Positions 1-9,856 of a stretch of 64,000 nucleotides of DNA are shown piece by piece. Position 1 is the stretch's first letter. Each line of letters starts with the position of its first letter. This stretch comes from Pseudomonadota bacterium (lineage in GTDB: Bacteria > Desulfobacterota > Binatia > Binatales > Binataceae), in assembly GCA_021323945.1 (NCBI GenBank), contig JAJPKA010000003.1, forward strand, positions 133,429 to 197,428, written 5' to 3'. A program made the position numbers and the translations under genes. The notes below the pieces were generated by a model, which did no database searches, was not told where the DNA came from, and was given only the letters and a program-made list of their open reading frames with translations.

Positions 1-916
1 TTCGCATATAGGTAATAAGTCCAACCGCGCCTTGGTCGCCGAGTTCAACACCCTCATAAAGTCGTTGGGCAATCTTCATGGTGCGCGAAGGCGAAAAATA
101 GAGCTTGCGCGCTGCTTCCTGTTGCAAACGGGAGGTAATGAAAGGAGGCGCTGGGCTTCGTCGAACCTCCTTGCGCTCGATTTTGCGAACAATGAAGGGG
201 GCGTTCCGACACGCCTCAATGATCTCGTCTGCCAGCGGTTTCAGCAGTCGCGTCGTTTTGTTGTCGATCCGCTGGCCTTTGTAGCTGTAAAGGCGTGCCC
301 GGAATTGCGGTGGGGTTTGAGCTTCCAGGTTCGCGTCCAGGGTCCAGTATTCCTCAGGTCGGAACGCTTCGCGCTCCCGCTCACGCTCGACAATCATGCG
401 CAGTGCGACCGATTGCACGCGTCCGGCACTGATACCGCGCTTAACTTTGTCCCAGAGCAGCGGGCTGACCTGATAACCGACCAAGCGATCGAGCACCCGT
501 CGAGCTTGCTGAGCCTCAAATAGCTTTTGGTCGAGTTGCGCCGGGTGTTCGATCGCGTGCTTGACCGCTTTTTCGGTTATTTCGTGCAGAAGGACTCGGT
601 GAATCCCCGCTTTGATCTTGCCGAGTCGCTGGGCGATATGCCACGCGATAGCCTCACCCTCGCGGTCAGGGTCGGTCGCCAGGTAAATATTGTCCTTATT
701 CTTCGCCGCAGCCTTGATACCTTCGACCACCTTGGCTTTAGCGGGAATAATTTCGTACTCGGGCTCAAAACCTTTCTTTATGTTGACGCCGAGTTTGCTC
801 TTGGGCAAATCGACCACGTGACCGACTGAAGGGGCGACCTCAAAATCGCGCCCCAGGTAGCGCTTGATAGTTTTGGCTTTCGCCGGAGATTCGACGATAA
901 CGAGGTTTTTCGCCAC
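1..916 (-). CDS. topA: DNA topoisomerase I, N-terminal (TOPRIM) part; partial, continues beyond the window start
   Basis: Minus-strand translation from a GTG at 916 reads VAKNLVIVESPAKAKTIKRYLGRDFEV...LATDPDREGEAIAWH...QSVALRMIVERERE, typical of the TopA N-terminus. It is absent from the ORF track because the frame runs off the window edge. Plus-strand ORFs 32..523 and 527..829 are its shadows. Confidence 0.85.
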   Translation of the reverse strand, partial: MAKNLVIVESPAKAKTIKRYLGRDFEVAPSVGHVVDLPKSKLGVNIKKGFEPEYEIIPAKAKVVEGIKAAAKNKDNIYLATDPDREGEAIAWHIAQRLGKIKAGIHRVLLHEITEKAVKHAIEHPAQLDQKLFEAQQARRVLDRLVGYQVSPLLWDKVKRGISAGRVQSVALRMIVEREREREAFRPEEYWTLDANLEAQTPPQFRARLYSYKGQRIDNKTTRLLKPLADEIIEACRNAPFIVRKIERKEVRRSPAPPFITSRLQQEAARKLYFSPSRTMKIAQRLYEGVELGDQGAVGLITYMR

Positions 917-948
917 TATTTGACTCCCAGTCGTCCTCCAACAATGCC

Positions 949-2112
949 TCAAACCGAACGAAGCGAGAAAAGCTTGCCAGGATATTGTGTCACAACACCC
1001 TTCAGCTCCAGCTCTAGAAGCAATTTAAGCACGGTCGCCACTTTGAGACCTGAGCTCTCGACGATAGCGTTAACGTGCAGCTTATCAGCGTCTTTTAGGC
1101 ATTGTAATATCGTCTGAACGTCTGGCGATTCGGCATCACCAGGATCTTGGCCGACCGCAAGACGTTGAATATCGGAGTTCCGCACTCTTTCTGGCCGGGT
1201 AGCCGAGTCGTGCAAAATTTGCGCCTTCGGCACGAGTTGCGGCATCAATTCTTCGATCACGTCCTCGACGCACTCAACCAGCCGGGCACCTTCCTTTAGC
1301 AGGCGGTTGCTGCCGCGGGTTTTACCAGTCAGCGGGCTCCCTGGAACCGCGAATACCTGCCGATTATGATCAAGCGCCAATCGGGCGGTTATTAAGGAAC
1401 CACTTCGCTCGGCAGCTTCTACCACCACTACGCCCAGGCAGAGGCCCGAAATCAGTCGATTGCGCGTGGGAAAATTTTCCGGAAGTGGGGCGGTACCTAA
1501 AGGCAGTTCTGAGATCAAACCCCCTCCATTGGCGATGACCGCTTCAGCCAGCTTTTTATTCTCGGGCGGATAGACGATATCGATTCCGCAGCCCATCACC
1601 GCGAGGGTTCTTCCACCTCCATCGAGCGCACCTTGATGCGCTTCGGAGTCGATGCCCCGAGCCAGACCGCTGACGACCGTGAACCCCTTGCTGACCAACT
1701 CCAAGCCGAGCCGACGGGCCATCCTTCGACCCGCCTCGCTGGCGGCGCGGGCACCCACCACCGCGATGAGCTTGCGATCGTCCTTGAGGAGGGTACCCCG
1801 CAGCATCAAGTACGGGGGCGGATCGGGAATTTCGCGCAAATTTACCGGGTAGTCGATATCCGTCCATCTGACCAGACGAGCGCCAATTCGAGGCAACTGG
1901 CAGAGCTCTCTCTCCAACGAAGCAAAGTCAGTGAACTCGTTTATGTTACGTGCGACAGTGCGGGAAATGCCCGCGGCAAGCAGCTGCGCTTCGCTCGCGC
2001 CGAAAATACCCTCGGCCGATCGAAAATTCTCCAGCAAAAGCTTGCAAGTTCGGGGCCCTACCCCGCGTACACGTTGTAATGCGAGCCAGTATGCGTCAGG
2101 TGTCGAAGTCAT
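949..2112 (-). CDS. dprA: DNA processing protein DprA (Smf)
   Basis: Carries the Rossmann-like DprA core (LAVMGCGIDIVYPPENKKLAEAVIANGGGLISELPLG...FPTRNRLISGLCLGVVVVEAAERSGSLITARLALDHNRQVFAVPGSP). The preferred start is the internal ATG at 2112 (MTSTPDAYWLALQRVRGVGP). dprA immediately upstream of topA is a classic conserved arrangement. Confidence 0.85.
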   Translation of the reverse strand: MTSTPDAYWLALQRVRGVGPRTCKLLLENFRSAEGIFGASEAQLLAAGISRTVARNINEFTDFASLERELCQLPRIGARLVRWTDIDYPVNLREIPDPPPYLMLRGTLLKDDRKLIAVVGARAASEAGRRMARRLGLELVSKGFTVVSGLARGIDSEAHQGALDGGGRTLAVMGCGIDIVYPPENKKLAEAVIANGGGLISELPLGTAPLPENFPTRNRLISGLCLGVVVVEAAERSGSLITARLALDHNRQVFAVPGSPLTGKTRGSNRLLKEGARLVECVEDVIEELMPQLVPKAQILHDSATRPERVRNSDIQRLAVGQDPGDAESPDVQTILQCLKDADKLHVNAIVESSGLKVATVLKLLLELELKGVVTQYPGKLFSLRSV

Positions 2113-2420
2113 GAACCATAATTCTGAAATCGGCAGCCTTTTATCAGGGCACCATCGATCCCCTCCCGCCCTACCATCCACATGGTTCAAAACCCATATT
2201 CTGAGATCCGAGCTGATGCAACCGCCATTAACAACCGCAGCGCTCGTCTCTCGGCGGACTAACTTTTATCGCTAGAGCCGGGGCAGGCGATGTTGACCGA
2301 CCCACTTGGATCAAATAGTTAGACTAAAACCCCGTTGTTCGCTGACCGTCATTGGAAGTTGACGCTGAATCGAAACCATAAAACGCAACGGCCGTCTAGT
2401 GGTGGGGAGAGTGTACATCG

Positions 2421-2981
2421 ATGGACGTGAGCGCGCTGTCGCCGAGTGAAAAACAGATCCTGATTTTCAGCTTTTACCGCGATGCGGAATTACGTGGTGC
2501 GCGTTTGCTGTTCAATATGTTCAACCATCTTCAGGATGCTGATTCACAGCTGAAACTCTCGAAACATTTGGCTGATGAGACCCGGCACGCTTGGTTGTGG
2601 ACACGGCGCATTACTGATTTGGGTGGTACCCCTCTCATGCTGGCAGACGGTTACCAGCGCCGGTTGGGTGCCCGACTCGGAGTCGCCAAGGGGATCATCG
2701 AGCTGCTCGGCCTCACCGTCGTGGTAGAAGAAAGAGCTCAAAGCCGCTATAAGGCTCACGCGGCGTTACCGAACGTCGAACCAGAAACACGCGCTGTGTT
2801 GGAAGCGGTCACTGAGGACGAAAATTGGCACCTTTCCTGGATCGAGAGGAAAATGCGGGAAATCGCTCGTGAAAACGGGCGTGAGGCAGAGGCTGATCAA
2901 ATTCTCGCGCGCTACCGCGAGATCGACCGCGAGGTTTACGCCACCCTGGCGGCGGATGAAGAGGCTTTGATGCGGGCCTAG
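2421..2981 (+). CDS. Ferritin-like (diiron, rubrerythrin/MiaE-like fold) domain protein
   Basis: Two E..H motifs (LADETRHAWLW and TEDENWHLSWIERK) in predicted helices; no closer family assignment is possible by eye. Confidence 0.55.
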   Translation: MDVSALSPSEKQILIFSFYRDAELRGARLLFNMFNHLQDADSQLKLSKHLADETRHAWLWTRRITDLGGTPLMLADGYQRRLGARLGVAKGIIELLGLTVVVEERAQSRYKAHAALPNVEPETRAVLEAVTEDENWHLSWIERKMREIARENGREAEADQILARYREIDREVYATLAADEEALMRA

Positions 2982-3033
2982 GCGGCGCCGATGTAAATCG
3001 CCCCTGGAGCTCGCCAGTGCAGGGACCTCACCG

Positions 3034-3906
3034 TTAGGTAGCGGTCGGCGCTCGTTGTAGCGCGGCCGCGCTATTCAGTTCGACCCGCATCGCTTCGGCC
3101 GCTGCAGCTGCCGCCAATGGTGGGCTCTGTTGTGGTGCGTTGCGATACGCGTACATGATGCTGCGGCTGGCGCTAACTATGGCGCCGGTACCTTCGCCCG
3201 TGAGCGCCGCCACTGCTTGGGACGCGCCAGCACCCTGAACGCCGTAACCCGGAACCAGAATCACTGTATTGGGCATTATCTTTCGGGCACGCTGCGCGGC
3301 CCGAGGGTATGTTGCTCCAACTACAGCACCGATGGCCGAAAAGCCGCAGCCGCCGATGAAGTCGCTTCCGATGCCGTGAATTCGTCGCGCGACACATTCC
3401 CATAACTGACCGTGTTCGGTCATCAGGTCTTGGAATTCTCCGGCAGTCGGATTTGAGGTTTTAACCAAAACGAAGATTCCGCGCCCATGCGGCACCGCCC
3501 GTAAAAAAGGCATGATAGCGTCGCTGCCAAGATAAGGGTTTATCGTTACAGCATCGCAGGCAAAATCCCCGTCACCAAGAAACGCGGCCGCGTAAGCGGC
3601 AGAGGTGGTGCCAATATCTCCTCGCTTTGCGTCGGCGATTGTTAAGACTTCCAGGCTGCGAGCCAGCTTTACAACTGATGCAAACGCCCGCATCCCTTCG
3701 ATTCCCCGCGCTTCAAAAAACGCGAGCTGAGGTTTGACGGCAACGATTGAGGGCGCGCACGCCTCAACGATTTCGCAACAGAAACGCTCCAGTGTGTACC
3801 CCGGCGGCAATCCCGGTTCGGCTCCGTCGAGCTGGGGATCGACGCCAAGAACCGCGAAACTGTCCTTCTTGCGTTGTGCCTCAAACAGCCGATCAGCGAA
3901 ATTCAT
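3034..3906 (-). CDS. pyrF: Orotidine 5'-phosphate decarboxylase, type 2 (long form)
   Basis: DAKRGDIGTTSAAYA catalytic motif and the type-2 PyrF N-terminus FADRL..A.RKKDS..VLGVDP. The start is taken at the internal ATG (MNFADRLF). The track ORF extends to a TTG at 3960. Confidence 0.8.
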   Translation of the reverse strand: MNFADRLFEAQRKKDSFAVLGVDPQLDGAEPGLPPGYTLERFCCEIVEACAPSIVAVKPQLAFFEARGIEGMRAFASVVKLARSLEVLTIADAKRGDIGTTSAAYAAAFLGDGDFACDAVTINPYLGSDAIMPFLRAVPHGRGIFVLVKTSNPTAGEFQDLMTEHGQLWECVARRIHGIGSDFIGGCGFSAIGAVVGATYPRAAQRARKIMPNTVILVPGYGVQGAGASQAVAALTGEGTGAIVSASRSIMYAYRNAPQQSPPLAAAAAAEAMRVELNSAAALQRAPTAT

Positions 3907-4156
3907 AGGTTCGATTCGCGAAAGAGACTCGCCATATGCCAGTAACCGCTGCGCCGGCAAGGAGTGGAAGGTGAGCCGGCTTTCGCGCTCTGCTTCGTTC
4001 AGACGGTACGTTGTCTAAGTTGGAAGTTTTCTTCCAATCTGTTTCTTTCGCTATAAAATCACTGCCCAGATCGCTACGCAATCTATTGGAAGCCGCATGG
4101 GGTAGCTGCTGCGCGGGATTGCCATCATTGTGTGCGACCAATAGGCTGGAATAGTC

Positions 4157-4642
4157 TTGAAAACCTGCAGCGCCATCTTTGTCCTTCTTTTGTTGGCCGG
4201 GATTGGGTTCGGTCAACCGGGTTACGCCGAGTCAGGCAAGACCGATCTCGCTGTCGAGTGCGAATGCCGAGACAGCGTGGGTCAGCACCTATGCTCTGAC
4301 TTCAAGAGTCAGGTTGCGGCCTCGCCGGGTTATCGGCTGGCTGACGGCGGTACCGGATATGGCATTGGTCTTCATTTTTCTTGTGTCGACCTCTGGAGTG
4401 GCCTCGAAAATGGGTTGGCTGGGAGGATGTCAGCTGTCTCGGTTGCCTTCACCATCTATTCTGACAAGCTCCCGGGCGAAATTTATGAGGACTCATCGGT
4501 TTTTCGAGTGGGGAAAGACGCTACCGGTGAGATGTCGCGCAAAATTATCGCTGCAATAGGCCAGCTCGTGAACGCGAATGAGACTTTGTTTCGGCATTTG
4601 CGTGAAACCCAGCAAAAGTCGTTACCATCGCCATCACCATAA
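4157..4642 (+). CDS. Hypothetical exported protein (signal peptide, Cys-containing)
   Basis: N-terminal MKTCSAIFVLLLLAGIGFG signal-like segment; no recognisable family. Confidence 0.4.
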   Translation: MKTCSAIFVLLLLAGIGFGQPGYAESGKTDLAVECECRDSVGQHLCSDFKSQVAASPGYRLADGGTGYGIGLHFSCVDLWSGLENGLAGRMSAVSVAFTIYSDKLPGEIYEDSSVFRVGKDATGEMSRKIIAAIGQLVNANETLFRHLRETQQKSLPSPSP

Positions 4643-4715
4643 GCAATCGTTCGAGTTTTCGTTCTGGTCGGTCGACGTGAACGCTAAGCTCAAAGTTTTC
4701 CGATGTCTGAGCGCT

Positions 4716-5140
4716 GGCATGCTTCTGCTGCTGGTGGCGGCAACGGCGAGTCCGCAAAGTACCGATCCGCTGGCAGTCGACGCGGATCTAGAAGCTGCCA
4801 GACAGGTCAAGGATTATTATGCGGAGTGGCTCTCCTCAATTCCCGGTGTTTCTAAAGTCAGCGTCGCCGCCAGCGAAACAGGAGAGCCGGTTATCAAGGT
4901 CGAGGTCACGGAAGAGTCGCCGCAGACGAAACAAATACCCAAAAGCTCAATGGTATCCGAGTCATTGTCAGCCCTTTGCGACAGCCGGCAAATCAGTCCT
5001 TGTTCGATTCGACCCGACTTGCGGGAAGCGGCGGCTTTTTACCCAGCCCGACACCCGAAGCGCAAGTGACTCCAGCCCCGACCCCTGAAGTCCCAAAATT
5101 TTGGCCTGCTCCCTTGGATGAAACGAACCCAGTCCATTAA
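4716..5140 (+). CDS. Hypothetical exported protein with an apparent frame disruption near 4929-4945 (A-runs)
   Basis: Signal-peptide-like start (MLLLLVAATASPQS). The protein-like sequence continues in the -1 phase after about 4945 (KLNGIRVIVSPL...PSPTPEAQVTPAPTPEVPKFWPAPLDETNPVH, stop 5138-5140). The original phase gives a compositionally odd tail. Either an indel/sequencing error or a pseudogene. Confidence 0.35.
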
Positions 5141-5152
5141 TCGCCCGGCAGT

Positions 5153-5944
5153 CTATTGGCTTCGTCTGATCTGCCGAAACGGTGCCACGGCTTGAACCGC
5201 TCGCTCAGCTTCGCGCCTTATCAGTACCAGGTCCGTCCCATATAGAAGGAACTGGGCACCGCTTTCAATAACCGCTTTGGCGTTTTCAGGTCGATTGAGA
5301 GCACCTGCGATCGCGATTTTGCGGGTCTGGCATAACTCCCTCACACGGGCATCGGCCTCGCGTACCTTGGGATGGTTATATTCACCCGGGACTCCGAGAC
5401 TCTGGGCCAAATCCTGATGACCCACCAAGACGAGATCGATCCCAGGGATTAGAATATCTTCGATATTCTCTACCGCCTCGCGGGTTTCAATCAGGACCGC
5501 AAGTAGCGTATTGGCATTGGCGTGTGAGATTGCCGCACTCGGAGCAACGTCTTCGTAAGCGGTGCTGGCCCCCTGATAGATCGCCATACCGCGGTGGCCT
5601 TCGGGGTAATATTTTGCATACTCGATGAACTGCCGCACCTGTGCGCCGGTCTTGATATGCGGAACAATCAGACTCTGACATCCAGTATCGAGCATTCGGG
5701 TAACATATTGATATTGCAGATCCGGAATGCGGACGATGGGCGTAATGCCGGCGGCATGGGCATGAGCGACAAGATTGACCACCGTTTCGAGATTGTAGGC
5801 GGAATGTTCAGTGCAGATCATGACGAAGTCCATCCCGGCCTGCGCCAAGGTGTGGACCACACCGCGTCCCTGGGTCTCCCACATCAACGTGCCAATCGCG
5901 ATACCGCCGGCCTTTAGGGTTGCGCGCAACCGGTTGAATTGCAT
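5153..5944 (-). CDS. HpcH/HpaI family 2-keto-3-deoxy-acid aldolase
   Basis: TIM-barrel aldolase signatures (GTLMWETQGRGVVHTLAQAGMDFVMICTEHSAYN...IPDLQYQYVTRMLDTGCQSLIVPHI) along the full length. Confidence 0.8.
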   Translation of the reverse strand: MQFNRLRATLKAGGIAIGTLMWETQGRGVVHTLAQAGMDFVMICTEHSAYNLETVVNLVAHAHAAGITPIVRIPDLQYQYVTRMLDTGCQSLIVPHIKTGAQVRQFIEYAKYYPEGHRGMAIYQGASTAYEDVAPSAAISHANANTLLAVLIETREAVENIEDILIPGIDLVLVGHQDLAQSLGVPGEYNHPKVREADARVRELCQTRKIAIAGALNRPENAKAVIESGAQFLLYGTDLVLIRREAERAVQAVAPFRQIRRSQ

Positions 5945-6127
5945 TGGATCACCTCCGGTGGCCTGATGCCATCACGTGACAAACTCGACCACTAGTCAGT
6001 CGTGAACGCATTTTGAGAAATATTCCAAAAAGAATGATAATGTCGAGCGACTTTCTTGATGCTGATGGCAGAGTCTTAGGCGACTTAACGCGGGCCATTC
6101 GGCAGGGCATAAAAGCGAGAATGTAAC

Positions 6128-7819
6128 ATGGCCTACGACATCGTAATCGAAAAAGCGCAGATTTGTGATGGTTCCGGCGCCCCTGTTTACTCCGGGTCAG
6201 TTGCAATCCAATCGGGCAAAATTGCCGAGGTCGGCAAGGTCAGCGGCAGCGCTCAGCGCCGCATCAATGCACAAGACCTCGTCGTCGCACCGGGCTTTAT
6301 CGATCCGCATACGCACTATGATGCACAAATCTGCTGGGATTCGCTGCTGACATCGTCGTGTTGGCACGGGATCACGACCGTTTTGATGGGAAACTGCGGA
6401 GTCGGTGTCGCTCCGTGCCGTCCCTCAGACAAAGAGGTGGTCGCGTGGGATTTGGTCAATGTTGAGGCGCTACCCTACGAGGTGCTGATTCGGGGCGCGT
6501 CATGGGAGTGGGAAAGCTTCGGCGATTATCTTGCCATGATTGCACGCCGTGGAATCGCACTCAACGCCGCCTTCCTCGTCCCACTCTCAGCCTTACGCTT
6601 CTATGTCATTGGCCCGGAAGCTTCGGAGCGAGCGGCAACACCAACCGAGATCGAGCAGATGGCTCAGCTGTTTCGCAATGCGATGAAGGCCGGCGCTTAT
6701 GGCTTCTCCCTAAGCACGATCAAGCGGCACATGGGTTACCAGGGTAAGCCGCTGGCCAGCCGGCTCGCCAGCCAGACCGAACTGACCAGCCTTTGCCAGG
6801 TAATGCGCGAAATGAATCGCGGGGTCATCGAGATTGCTTTGATGAAGCAGCTGGGCACCTTGGCCGAAGATGAACTCGATCTGTTGCTGCATCTGGCTCG
6901 CGAAAGCGGGCGGCCGGTCACCTGGCTGGCGCTGCTCGACATGCCGGGCATCGGCGACGCCAACGAGCAGATCCTACAGCGAGTTCGTCCCTTCATGCAA
7001 CAAGGGCTGAGGATTCCCCCGCAGGTCACGCCGCGTCCGGTCAAAATGTATTATGATCTGCGGACTCCTTCATTGTGCGGTGAAATGCCTTCCTGGCGCC
7101 CGGCCTTCAATCGTTCGCGCGAAGAACAGCTCGCCCTGTACGGTTCAGTTTCCTTCCGTGAGCAATTTCGCGATGACCTGCGAGCACGCCGCGGTGCTTT
7201 CTTCAACGGTCAGTGGGAGGCGGTCTCGGTTGCAAAGGTAAGCAGGCCCGAACATCGGCCTCTGCTCAATAAGAGCATTCGTGAAATCGCTGAACTCCAG
7301 GGCAAGGACCCAGTTGATGCATTTCTCGATCTCGCAATCGCGGAAAATCTGGAGCTGGGTATCACGGTCCAGCTGATCAACGCCGATGAGAAAGCGGTGG
7401 CCAAGTTGATCACCCAGCCGGAAGTGATGATCGGCTTGTCTGATGCTGGCGCCCATGTAAGCCAGCATTGCGAAGCCGGTTCGCCCACCTACATGCTGCG
7501 CGAATGGGTATATAACCGACCGGTTATGAGCCTGGAGACAGCAGTGAAGCGGCTGACTTCAGAGCCGGCAGACTTTCTCGGGCTTGCCAGGAAGGGACGC
7601 ATACAACCCGGAATGGACGCGGACCTGGTCGTATTCGATCCGGCAACGGTTGGTACTCAGCCTCTCGAATGGGTTGCCGACCTTCCCGGAGGTGCACCAC
7701 GTCTCATCGAACGTTCTCGGGGAATCATCTGGACTATCGTAGGTGGAGAAGTGATATTCGCCAACAATGAATATCAAGGTGCGTTGCCTGGTAGAATTCT
7801 GAGCCCGATAGCGGCGTAA
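6128..7819 (+). CDS. N-acyl-D-amino-acid deacylase (D-aminoacylase) family amidohydrolase
   Basis: N-terminus MAYDIVIEKAQICDGSGAPVYSGSVAIQSGKIAEVG...LVVAPGFIDPHTHYD (metal-binding HxH). 563 aa, typical length for this family. Confidence 0.8.
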   Translation: MAYDIVIEKAQICDGSGAPVYSGSVAIQSGKIAEVGKVSGSAQRRINAQDLVVAPGFIDPHTHYDAQICWDSLLTSSCWHGITTVLMGNCGVGVAPCRPSDKEVVAWDLVNVEALPYEVLIRGASWEWESFGDYLAMIARRGIALNAAFLVPLSALRFYVIGPEASERAATPTEIEQMAQLFRNAMKAGAYGFSLSTIKRHMGYQGKPLASRLASQTELTSLCQVMREMNRGVIEIALMKQLGTLAEDELDLLLHLARESGRPVTWLALLDMPGIGDANEQILQRVRPFMQQGLRIPPQVTPRPVKMYYDLRTPSLCGEMPSWRPAFNRSREEQLALYGSVSFREQFRDDLRARRGAFFNGQWEAVSVAKVSRPEHRPLLNKSIREIAELQGKDPVDAFLDLAIAENLELGITVQLINADEKAVAKLITQPEVMIGLSDAGAHVSQHCEAGSPTYMLREWVYNRPVMSLETAVKRLTSEPADFLGLARKGRIQPGMDADLVVFDPATVGTQPLEWVADLPGGAPRLIERSRGIIWTIVGGEVIFANNEYQGALPGRILSPIAA

Positions 7820-7851
7820 GCACAACCTCAGTCGGGTGACCAACTTAGCAG

Positions 7852-9219
7852 ATGGCCAAGGAAATCCGGCTCAACGCGTTCGACATGAACTGTGTCGGCC
7901 ACTTGTCGGCCGGTCTATGGACTCATCCGCGCGATCGCGGCCACACCTACAAGGATCTGGCCTACTGGCTCGACCTGGCAAAGCTGCTCGAACGCGGGAA
8001 GTTCGACGGCATTTTTCTCGCCGACGTGCTTGGCGCATACGACGTTTATGGCGGAAACCCGGATGCAGCTCTGCGCCAGTGTGCCCAGATACCCGTCAAT
8101 GATCCTGTCCTGGTGATACCGGCTATGGCGACAGCGACGAAGCATCTGGGCTTCGGCGTTACCTGCACACTTTCCTTCGAGCCTCCCTATCTGTTCGCGC
8201 GGCGGATGTCTACCCTCGATCACCTGACCGGCGGGCGTGCAGGCTGGAATATCGTTACAGGCTATCTCGACAGCGCGGCACGTGGTGCAGGTCTCGGCGC
8301 TCAAGTGAGCCACGATCTACGCTACGACATGGCGGACGAGTACATGGAGGTAGTGTACAAACTGTGGGAAGGTAGCTGGGAAGACGATGCCGTTATTCGC
8401 GACCGCGCCAACGGAGTATTCGCCGTTCCGGAAAAGGTCCATCGCATTCACCACGAGGGAAAGTATTACCGCCTCGACGCCATCCACCTGTGTGAGCCTT
8501 CACCACAGCGCACTCCCCTGCTCTACCAGGCTGGAGCCTCGGCGCGAGGCCGCGAGTTCGCAGCCAAGCACGCTGAATGCGTCTTTGTTACCGGGTCCCA
8601 GCGCATCGTGAAAGCAAACGTCGCCGATATCCGACAGCGGGCCGCGGCGCACGGTCGCGGGCGCTCCGATATCCTGATGTTTGCCGGCCTCAGCGTAATC
8701 GTGGGGCCAACCGAAGCCGCCGCACAGGCTAAGCTGGAGGAATATCGCCGTTACATCAAACCGGAAGGAGCCCTGGCCCTGCTCTCCGGATGGACTGGGA
8801 TTGACTTTTCACGATATTCACTGGACGACCCCCTCACCTACGTCAAGAATGACGCGGTAAACTCAATCGTCGAAGCCCTGACCCAAAAGGCAAACAGGAA
8901 ATGGACAGTGCGCGAACTGGTAGAGTATGGGGCTCTCGGTGGTCCCTCTCCAACAATCGTGGGTTCTCCAGTTCACGTCGCCGATGAGCTGGAATCGTGG
9001 ATCGAAGAAACCGATGTTGATGGATTCAATCTCGCATACATACTAACCCCCGAAAGTTTCATTGATTTCGTTGAGTTAGTAGTACCCGAACTGCAGAGGC
9101 GCGGGGTCTACAAACAGGAGTACAGCTCTGGCACCCTTCGCGAAAAGTTGTTCGGTACCGCGCGCCTGCGCGATAACCATCCCGCCGCACGTTATCGGTA
9201 TAATGGCACCAGTTCATAA
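7852..9219 (+). CDS. LLM-class FMN-dependent monooxygenase, NtaA/SnaA/DszA family
   Basis: N-terminus MAKEIRLNAFDMNCVGHLSAGLWTHPRDRGHTYKDLAYWLDLAKLLERGKFDGIFLADVLG is diagnostic of nitrilotriacetate-monooxygenase-component-A-like luciferase-like monooxygenases. 455 aa. Confidence 0.8.
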   Translation: MAKEIRLNAFDMNCVGHLSAGLWTHPRDRGHTYKDLAYWLDLAKLLERGKFDGIFLADVLGAYDVYGGNPDAALRQCAQIPVNDPVLVIPAMATATKHLGFGVTCTLSFEPPYLFARRMSTLDHLTGGRAGWNIVTGYLDSAARGAGLGAQVSHDLRYDMADEYMEVVYKLWEGSWEDDAVIRDRANGVFAVPEKVHRIHHEGKYYRLDAIHLCEPSPQRTPLLYQAGASARGREFAAKHAECVFVTGSQRIVKANVADIRQRAAAHGRGRSDILMFAGLSVIVGPTEAAAQAKLEEYRRYIKPEGALALLSGWTGIDFSRYSLDDPLTYVKNDAVNSIVEALTQKANRKWTVRELVEYGALGGPSPTIVGSPVHVADELESWIEETDVDGFNLAYILTPESFIDFVELVVPELQRRGVYKQEYSSGTLREKLFGTARLRDNHPAARYRYNGTSS

Positions 9220-9805
9220 CGTCGCGGTAAACACGTCGGCACTTGACAATGGTTGCCCGTACCTGAGGCTCACATCCTCCAGCATGGCTCGGCGTGGGTA
9301 GTCAGTTACCCCCGACGAGCCTGGCGGTCGAGCTAGCAGCTCGAACTCGGAACTGAATTCGTTATTCCTGAGGCTGCCCCGTTTTGGGCCAGGGCGCGCC
9401 GCTTTCTGCGAGGTCTCGGGAATCAAACAAAAGGCGGAGGACAAGGCCGCTGGTTCCTCGCCACTCCGAAACCAGTCACATAGCACAAGAATTGCTCGAA
9501 GCTATTATTCACAGTTACTGCCGGCGAATGACTAAATCGACCTTCAGAGCAGATCAGTCAGTGGCTGGCTGCAGAGCTTCCGCTCCGAAAGAGGTTGACC
9601 TTGGATGGATTTGCCTTAGTCGAACCGGTCACTGTTTCAACGTCAGCATTATTGAGGCCCCAATTTCATATCCTGAAGACCATGGCTCGCGCGTTGTCAG
9701 CAGTACGAGGCGCGTGCGGCGTCCGCCCGCAAACTTGCTTAGCGCACGAGTACCTTTTATCAGTCTGCTGACCGGAAGAAGCCAAAACGGAAGTCCCGGC
9801 TAAGG

Positions 9806-9856
9806 CAAAATGCTAACCAATTAGCATTTTGCGAACGAATTCTCGCCGGCTAAATC
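9806..9856 (+). promoter_or_regulatory. Perfect 26-bp palindrome (CAAAATGCTAA-CCAA-TTAGCATTTTG, 9806..9831) abutting a sigma70-like promoter candidate (TTGCGA-16 nt-TAAATC, 9829..9856), about 100 bp upstream of the RND pump gene
   Basis: Read directly from the sequence. The palindrome is AT-rich in a GC-rich genome and overlaps the putative -35 element. This architecture is typical of TetR/MarR-type operators for efflux pumps. Confidence 0.4.

Noticed and set aside
32-829. Plus-strand ORFs 32..523 and 527..829
   Set aside because: They lie antisense to the clearly recognisable topA N-terminal coding sequence. Their translations are compositionally odd. They are shadow ORFs typical of high-GC DNA.
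9384-9803. 139-aa ORF in the gap upstream of the RND pump (possible missing regulator)
   Set aside because: Translation (Arg/Ser-rich, no HTH-like segment) shows no resemblance to TetR, MarR or other regulator folds. A by-eye check of minus-strand frames across about 9600-9927 likewise found nothing regulator-like.
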